Origin: Gemmatimonas sp.
Lineage (GTDB): Bacteria; Gemmatimonadota; Gemmatimonadetes; Gemmatimonadales; Gemmatimonadaceae
Assembly: GCA_965279375.1 (NCBI GenBank)
Contig: OZ257156.1
Location: forward strand, 2,400,001 to 2,464,000
Length of the DNA: 64,000 bases
Reading direction: 5' to 3'
Shown here piece by piece: positions 58,445 to 64,000 of the stretch. The position numbers and the translations under genes are program-made. The notes beneath the pieces are model-generated. The model saw nothing but the letters and a program-made list of their open reading frames with translations, did not search any database and had not been told where the DNA came from. Each line of letters starts with the position of its first letter. The first letter of the stretch is position 1.

Positions 58445-58662
58445 GATACGTCTCCTGAGGGAACGAAGTCGCCCGACTCGCTGTCCGCAATGGCGCCGCA
58501 CGACAGCGTGCGACAAACGGTTGCGCGTGCAGCGGGGAAAGACGGGTGACAACCACTTGCGATCAATTGACGAGGCCTCAAGAACGTAGCAACAATAACT
58601 TCGGGCTCAGCTGCAACGCACGTCACACTGTGACGCGTTGTACCAATTCGCGCTTGACGAAG

Positions 58663-59277
58663 TCAGCGCATCCGCAGCAGCGATTCGCTCCACGAACGAC
58701 TGATGCCGCCGTAGTACCGTCGATGATGCGCCTGGACGCATTCAAACCCAGCTCGCGCTATCCCTCGCGCCGATGCGTCATTGCTCGCGAGGCACCACAT
58801 CCATGCATGCTCTGCACCCTCGCTTGCGTGGAGCAATACTAGCTCCGCAATCATATAGGTGTACAGTCCGACACCCCGGTACTCCGGCAGCACGTAGAAT
58901 GACGTGAGCACCGACGAACGTTCTGGCAGACTCAGGTATGTGCCGGTCTCCGAGATCGTCCAACCATCAGACGGACTCGTGGACATGCCCCAACCGACAA
59001 TCGCCGCCGACGGGCTGCGGACCACGTGCAGCCGCTGCGCCGCGTCGTACGTGGAAATGAGCTCAGCCGGAAACGCGTCGTTGGATACGGGGTCGCGCAC
59101 GGTACCGCCGTGTCCCACGTCACTATCACGGCGTGAGAAGGGCACGTCCGCCTGAAAGACGTAGCCTGCGGGCGCGACGGGAGGAGACTCATCCCGGCGA
59201 GCTGATCTGTGAAACACCAGCACATGATCGTGTCCGGCGACGTGATGCAGCGCGCGACGCAGGACGTAGGGGAGCAT
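58663..59277 (-). CDS. GNAT-family N-acetyltransferase
   Basis: FYVLPEYRGVGL, NDASARGIARAGF. TGATG-coupled to the upstream GT. Confidence 0.75.
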   Translation of the reverse strand: MLPYVLRRALHHVAGHDHVLVFHRSARRDESPPVAPAGYVFQADVPFSRRDSDVGHGGTVRDPVSNDAFPAELISTYDAAQRLHVVRSPSAAIVGWGMSTSPSDGWTISETGTYLSLPERSSVLTSFYVLPEYRGVGLYTYMIAELVLLHASEGAEHAWMWCLASNDASARGIARAGFECVQAHHRRYYGGISRSWSESLLRMR

Positions 59278-60536
59278 CAGTCCGCCGCGAGTGCCGTACT
59301 GCTGATACGACGCGTCAGAATCCGAGCGAGCGCGGCAACGTTCGTCGGCAGATTGAAACGCGCCGTGACAGCCGCGCGACCTTCCGCACCCAGCTTGGCC
59401 GCGAGCGCGGGCTGCTCGTAGAGCTCGATCAGTGCCGCAGCCGTCGCCCGCGGGTCGGCCGCCGCGGTCAGCAATCCGTTCACTCGGTGCTCGATGAGTT
59501 CGGGGATGCCGTTTACCCACGTCGACACGCACGGCAGCCCCATCGCCATCGCTTCCATGAGCACGACAGGGATACCCTCAGCGAAGCTGGTCAGGGCAAA
59601 TGCGTCCGCGCGTTCCAGCAATGCCTTAACCTCCGATTCGTTGCGCCATCCCTCGAAATGCACCTGCCCCTCGAGTCGCAATGATCGTGCGAGCGCTTCG
59701 AGCTGTGCGCGATCCGGACCGTCGCCCACCAATCGCAGCTGCACGGGGATGCCGGCATCACGCACGTAACCGATTGCCTCGATCAGGATGCGCAGTCCCT
59801 TCACCGGCGCGAGACGCGCGACGCACGCGACCTCAAACGGTTGAGCATCGGACCGAACTGATCGATCGCGCGTCGACGCCGAGAATCGTGTGACATCCAC
59901 GCCGAGGTGACTCACCTCGACGCGATCCCACAACACCGGTTCGACGGCGCGACACACCTGTGACGCACCGTAGTGGGAAATCACCACCGTAAACGCTGCC
60001 TCAGCGACCTTCTCGGCGAGCCGTGTGCCGACGACATCGTCGAACTCCGCAGGACCGTGCACCGTGATCGACCACGGCAGTCCGGAAAGTCGCGACGTGA
60101 GTCTGGCCACGGTCGACGTGAAGTGCGCATGAAAGTGAGTGACGCCCGCCGCTCGAAACGCATCGGCTGCACATCCGGCCTGCGCCAGTCGGACGAAGCC
60201 CTTCCATCTGGGCTCTCCGCGCGAGATGCCAACGAACGGGGACGCAACCACCGCGCGGACATAGCGCAGCGGAGACCGCACAGCACATCGCAGGTTGGCG
60301 GCAACCACCTGACCGAGGCGACCGAGCGATGCGTACACAGTGACCGACCGTTCCGCGCGTTCCGTCTCCGACAACTGATCGGGCGGACGATCGCACTCCA
60401 TCATCGACACCGCTGTGATCTGCATCCCCAGGCGTCGCAGCTCGGTCACTTCGCGCAGAATGAACGTGTGATGGATCGAGGGAAACTGTGACACGAGGTA
60501 GCCGAGGCCGCTCCTCTGCGTGGCAGGAGTACTCAT
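59277..60536 (-). CDS. Glycosyltransferase family 4 (WcaL-like)
   Basis: SQFP..HTFILRE, HFHAHF, TVHG, SFAEGIPVVLMEAMAMG. Confidence 0.9.
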   Translation of the reverse strand: MSTPATQRSGLGYLVSQFPSIHHTFILREVTELRRLGMQITAVSMMECDRPPDQLSETERAERSVTVYASLGRLGQVVAANLRCAVRSPLRYVRAVVASPFVGISRGEPRWKGFVRLAQAGCAADAFRAAGVTHFHAHFTSTVARLTSRLSGLPWSITVHGPAEFDDVVGTRLAEKVAEAAFTVVISHYGASQVCRAVEPVLWDRVEVSHLGVDVTRFSASTRDRSVRSDAQPFEVACVARLAPVKGLRILIEAIGYVRDAGIPVQLRLVGDGPDRAQLEALARSLRLEGQVHFEGWRNESEVKALLERADAFALTSFAEGIPVVLMEAMAMGLPCVSTWVNGIPELIEHRVNGLLTAAADPRATAAALIELYEQPALAAKLGAEGRAAVTARFNLPTNVAALARILTRRISSTALAAD

Positions 60537-61744
60537 GCGTCCCCCGCGAGCGAGAGCTGCCCTGTACGCGCGGGCAGCGTCTCCATTGGCAGCCGTCCGT
60601 ACACCTTCAGCAGCGTGTTCATCACCGACTCCTCGCTGAAACGACTGCGAGCGAACGAGTGCCCCGCCTCACCCATGCGACGCGCTCGCGGCAGATCGGA
60701 GAGCAACGTGGTCATCGATGACGCGAGCCTCGCCGCATCGCCCGTCGGAACGACGAATCCTGTCTCGCCGTCGGCGACCGCATCGCGCACACCGCCCACG
60801 TCGGTCGAGACCACTGGGACACCAACGGCCATCGCTTCGACGATCGTGTTGGGGAATCCTTCGCGTTGCGAAGTCAGCAGCGCCGCGTCTGCTGCCGCAT
60901 GGTAGCGCCACCCGGACGACTGCTCGCCCGCGAGCACCACCGCGTGCGCTACATCGGATGCATCGATCGCCGCCCGCACCTGGTCCAGGGCAGGACCGCC
61001 TCCGACCAGTACCAGACGGGCCGTCGGCACCTGCTGGAGCACACGGGCGAATGCCGCGATGGCGAGCGGGTGGTCCTTTTCAGGAGAAAGTCGCGCGACC
61101 ATGGACACGAGCGGCGCGTCAGAGCTGATGCCGTGGGCGGCGCGGATCTCCGATCGCAGCTGTGCGCGGTCGGCGGACCACAGTACGTCGTCAACGAAGT
61201 TCGGTACGATCACCAGCTTGTCCGCTCGCACGTGTTCCTCGCCAATGACCGACGCGGCGACGGTGGCGCTGTTGGCGAGGACACGATGCGCGAAGCGATA
61301 CCCGAGTCGACTGCTCTGCGTGAGCGACACGGGATACTGTGCCAGCCCCCAGCGACGGCTGGCAATGATCAGGCGAGTGCCGGCCAGGCGGGCGCCGATC
61401 GTCAGCAGGGAATTCGTATACACGTCGTGGCAGTGCACGACGTCGGCGCCGACGCTGCGGCACAACGCGGCGAATCGCAGGATGGCTCTGATGGAGGTCC
61501 AGTGCGCGATGCCGCGTATGGGGAATTCGTGGATCGTGATTCCCGCCGAGCGCAGGCGCGAAGCCAGCGGTCCGCCGCGGAAGACAGCCATGTGGACGGT
61601 GACACCACGGGCCGCGAGCGCAATGGCCGTTCGCACGGCATTGGTTTCCGTGCCGCCAATATCCAATCCATCAACCGCGTGCACGACACAAAGCCCGCCG
61701 TGCGGTAGTCCGGAGTATCGGTTGGCGGTGCTGTCAGTACGCAC
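60533..61744 (-). CDS. Glycosyltransferase family 4
   Basis: GGTE, VARLSPEKDH, SQREGFPNTIVEAMAVG, TDVGG. Confidence 0.9.
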   Translation of the reverse strand: MRTDSTANRYSGLPHGGLCVVHAVDGLDIGGTETNAVRTAIALAARGVTVHMAVFRGGPLASRLRSAGITIHEFPIRGIAHWTSIRAILRFAALCRSVGADVVHCHDVYTNSLLTIGARLAGTRLIIASRRWGLAQYPVSLTQSSRLGYRFAHRVLANSATVAASVIGEEHVRADKLVIVPNFVDDVLWSADRAQLRSEIRAAHGISSDAPLVSMVARLSPEKDHPLAIAAFARVLQQVPTARLVLVGGGPALDQVRAAIDASDVAHAVVLAGEQSSGWRYHAAADAALLTSQREGFPNTIVEAMAVGVPVVSTDVGGVRDAVADGETGFVVPTGDAARLASSMTTLLSDLPRARRMGEAGHSFARSRFSEESVMNTLLKVYGRLPMETLPARTGQLSLAGDA

Positions 61745-61877
61745 GGGATTCAGATGGAGGAAGCGGCCACGATCCGTACCGCGTCGGCTGTCCGACCGGC
61801 CTGCAGTGGCGCGGAGGGGCGAGCGAAACGACTCGTGCGATGTGCACCGACTCCCCTCCGATTAACTTGACTGGCAT

Positions 61878-64000
61878 ATGACGACGAACGAAACCTCGCG
61901 AAGCGCCCGGCTCGCTCGCCTCTCCGACCGCCTCACCCGCCGCATACTCGTGCTGGACGGTGCGATGGGCACGATGCTTCAGACCTACCGCCTCGGCGAG
62001 TCTGACTATCGCGGGAGCCGCTTCGCCGAATGGACGCGAGACCTCAAAGGGAATAACGACCTCCTCGTACTCACGCAACCGGAGATCGTCGGGGCCATTC
62101 ACGCCCAGTATCTCGAGGCCGGCGCCGACATTCTCGAGACGAACACGTTCAATGCCAATGCGATCTCCATGGCCGACTACGGCATGGAGTCCCTCGCGTA
62201 TGAGCTGAACGTCGCTGGTGCGGCACTCGCGCGCCGCGTCGCCGATGAGTTCGAGGCACGCGAACCGGACCGGCCGCGCTATGTCGCCGGCGTGCTGGGT
62301 CCGACCAATCGCACCGCATCGTTGTCACCCGAAGTCGAAGACCCGGGTGCCCGCAATGTGAACTTCGAACAGCTCGTCGCCGCCTACGGCGAAGCGGTGC
62401 GCGGCCTCATCGACGGTGGTGCCGATCTGCTGATGGTGGAGACCATCTTCGATACGCTGAACGCCAAGGCGGCACTGTTCGCGATCGAGCAGTACTTCGA
62501 CGAGACCGGCATGCGCGTGCCGGTCATGATTTCGGGAACGATTACCGACGCGAGCGGACGGACGCTCTCGGGCCAGACAGTCGAAGCCTTCTGGGCCTCG
62601 ATCTCGCACGTGCAGCCGCTGTCGGTCGGTCTCAACTGTGCGCTCGGTGCGGCGCAGCTTCGCGCGTATGTGCAGGAGCTCTCGCGTGTCGCGACGACGT
62701 ACATAAGCGCACATCCGAATGCGGGTCTGCCCAACGACATCGGTGGGTACGACGAATCGCCGGAAACGATGGCCACGCAGATCGCCGAATGGGCGAGCAG
62801 CGGGTTGCTCAACGTGGTGGGCGGCTGCTGCGGCACGACGCCCGCGCACGTGCGCGCGATCGCGAACGCCGTGCGGGACGTCGCGCCGCGACCGGTGCCG
62901 GTGCTGCCGCCGCTGCTGCGTCTGTCTGGCCTCGAGCCGATGGTCATTGGCCCCGACACCAACTTCGTCAATGTGGGCGAACGCACGAACGTCACCGGAT
63001 CGTCGCGCTTCTCCAAGCTCATTCTGTCGGGCGATTACGCCGAAGCGGTCAAGGTGGCGCGGCAGCAGGTCGAAAGCGGCGCGCAGATCATCGACGTCAA
63101 CATGGACGAAGGGTTGCTCGACGCCGTGGAGGCGATGACGACCTTCCTCAACCTCTTGGCCGCCGAGCCGGATATTTCGCGCGTGCCGGTGATGGTCGAC
63201 TCGAGCAAGTGGCACGTGATCGAGGCCGGCCTTCGTTGCCTGCAGGGCAAGGGCGTCGTGAACTCGATTTCGCTCAAGGAGGGCGAGACGGAGTTCCTTC
63301 GACAGGCGCGGCTCGTTCGGCGCTACGGCGCTGCGGTCATCGTGATGGCCTTCGACGAGCAGGGGCAGGCCGACAGCGCGGAACGCAAAGTGGCCATCTG
63401 CACGCGGGCCTACGAGCTGCTCACGCAAGCGGTCGGCTTCCCGCCGCAGGACATCATCTTCGATCCCAACATCTTCGCGATTGGCACCGGCATCGAGGAA
63501 CACGCCGGCTACGCCGTGGCGTACTTCGACGCCACTCGCGAGATCAAGCGTACGCTGCCACTGGCCAAGGTGTCCGGTGGTGTGAGCAACATGTCGTTCT
63601 CCTTCCGGGGCAACAATCCACTCCGTGAAGCGATGCATGCCGTGTTCCTGTACCACGCCATTAAGGCGGGGATGGACATGGGTATCGTCAACGCGGGTCA
63701 GCTCATCCCGTACGAGGACATCCCGGTCGACCTGCGCGAGCGCGTCGAAGACGTCGTGCTGAACCGGCGCGCCGATGCGACCGAGCGACTGCTCGAGGTG
63801 GCCGACAGCCTCAAGGGACGCGCCGCGAAAGCCGTTGAGGAACACGCGTGGCGCAGCCTGCCGGTGAACGATCGGCTCTCGCACGCGCTCGTACACGGCA
63901 TCGATGCGTATGTGGTCGAGGATACCGAAGCGGCCCGCGTCGAAGCCGCCCAGCCGATCGACGTGATCGAAGGGCCGCTCATGCGAGGCATGAATGTGGT
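61878..64000 (+). CDS. metH: Cobalamin-dependent methionine synthase, runs off the right edge
   Basis: Translated by hand: [71 protein letters not shown]. Absent from the ORF track because it has no stop in the window. Confidence 0.96.
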   Translation, partial: MTTNETSRSARLARLSDRLTRRILVLDGAMGTMLQTYRLGESDYRGSRFAEWTRDLKGNNDLLVLTQPEIVGAIHAQYLEAGADILETNTFNANAISMADYGMESLAYELNVAGAALARRVADEFEAREPDRPRYVAGVLGPTNRTASLSPEVEDPGARNVNFEQLVAAYGEAVRGLIDGGADLLMVETIFDTLNAKAALFAIEQYFDETGMRVPVMISGTITDASGRTLSGQTVEAFWASISHVQPLSVGLNCALGAAQLRAYVQELSRVATTYISAHPNAGLPNDIGGYDESPETMATQIAEWASSGLLNVVGGCCGTTPAHVRAIANAVRDVAPRPVPVLPPLLRLSGLEPMVIGPDTNFVNVGERTNVTGSSRFSKLILSGDYAEAVKVARQQVESGAQIIDVNMDEGLLDAVEAMTTFLNLLAAEPDISRVPVMVDSSKWHVIEAGLRCLQGKGVVNSISLKEGETEFLRQARLVRRYGAAVIVMAFDEQGQADSAERKVAICTRAYELLTQAVGFPPQDIIFDPNIFAIGTGIEEHAGYAVAYFDATREIKRTLPLAKVSGGVSNMSFSFRGNNPLREAMHAVFLYHAIKAGMDMGIVNAGQLIPYEDIPVDLRERVEDVVLNRRADATERLLEVADSLKGRAAKAVEEHAWRSLPVNDRLSHALVHGIDAYVVEDTEAARVEAAQPIDVIEGPLMRGMNV

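Noticed and set aside
61812..61877. SAH riboswitch upstream of metH (GAGGGGCG resemblance)
   Set aside because: No CCAGGCTC element or downstream pseudoknot partner. Kept only as an unassigned structure.
1..64000. Mobile elements, prophage, defence systems, tRNA/rRNA genes
   Set aside because: No transposase, integrase, phage, restriction or toxin motifs and no tRNA/rRNA signatures recognised by eye. A tRNAscan/Rfam/DefenseFinder run would confirm.

Overview
High-GC bacterial chromosomal window of about 48 genes. Gene content and style suggest Gemmatimonadota (inference, no search run). The left half (1-31.5 kb) is mostly housekeeping and envelope genes: an HD-hydrolase/ECF-sigma/anti-sigma/TolC/MacA-type operon, a TetR-TolC-EmrAB efflux operon with a clear operator, cyclophilin, Nth, a PolX-PHP with non-canonical residues, an HDAC-family deacetylase, M42 peptidase, amidohydrolase, fasciclin, OPT, YggT, an AT3-SGNH O-acyltransferase, acyl-CoA dehydrogenase, and a large Ig-domain HExxH lipoprotein behind a sigma54-type promoter. 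The right half (31.7-61.7 kb) is a surface-polysaccharide locus rich in tailoring enzymes. Its core genes are a Wzy/WaaL-like protein, a Wzx flippase, three GT4 transferases and an AlgD-like dehydrogenase. Tailoring and accessory genes are three glutamine amidotransferases (AsnB family), a TylF O-methyltransferase, FemAB-like and GNAT acyltransferases, an FAD oxidoreductase, a GINT1-like beta-propeller, a GT-C-like membrane protein, a heparinase II/III-like lyase and a beta-helix lipoprotein. The methionine-cycle gene yitJ lies inside this locus, overlapping the lyase start, and metH borders it. The best candidate for an undescribed system is this decoration pathway, possibly coupled to methyl-group supply. 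No rRNA, tRNA, CRISPR array or transposase was seen. All calls rest on motif recognition by eye.
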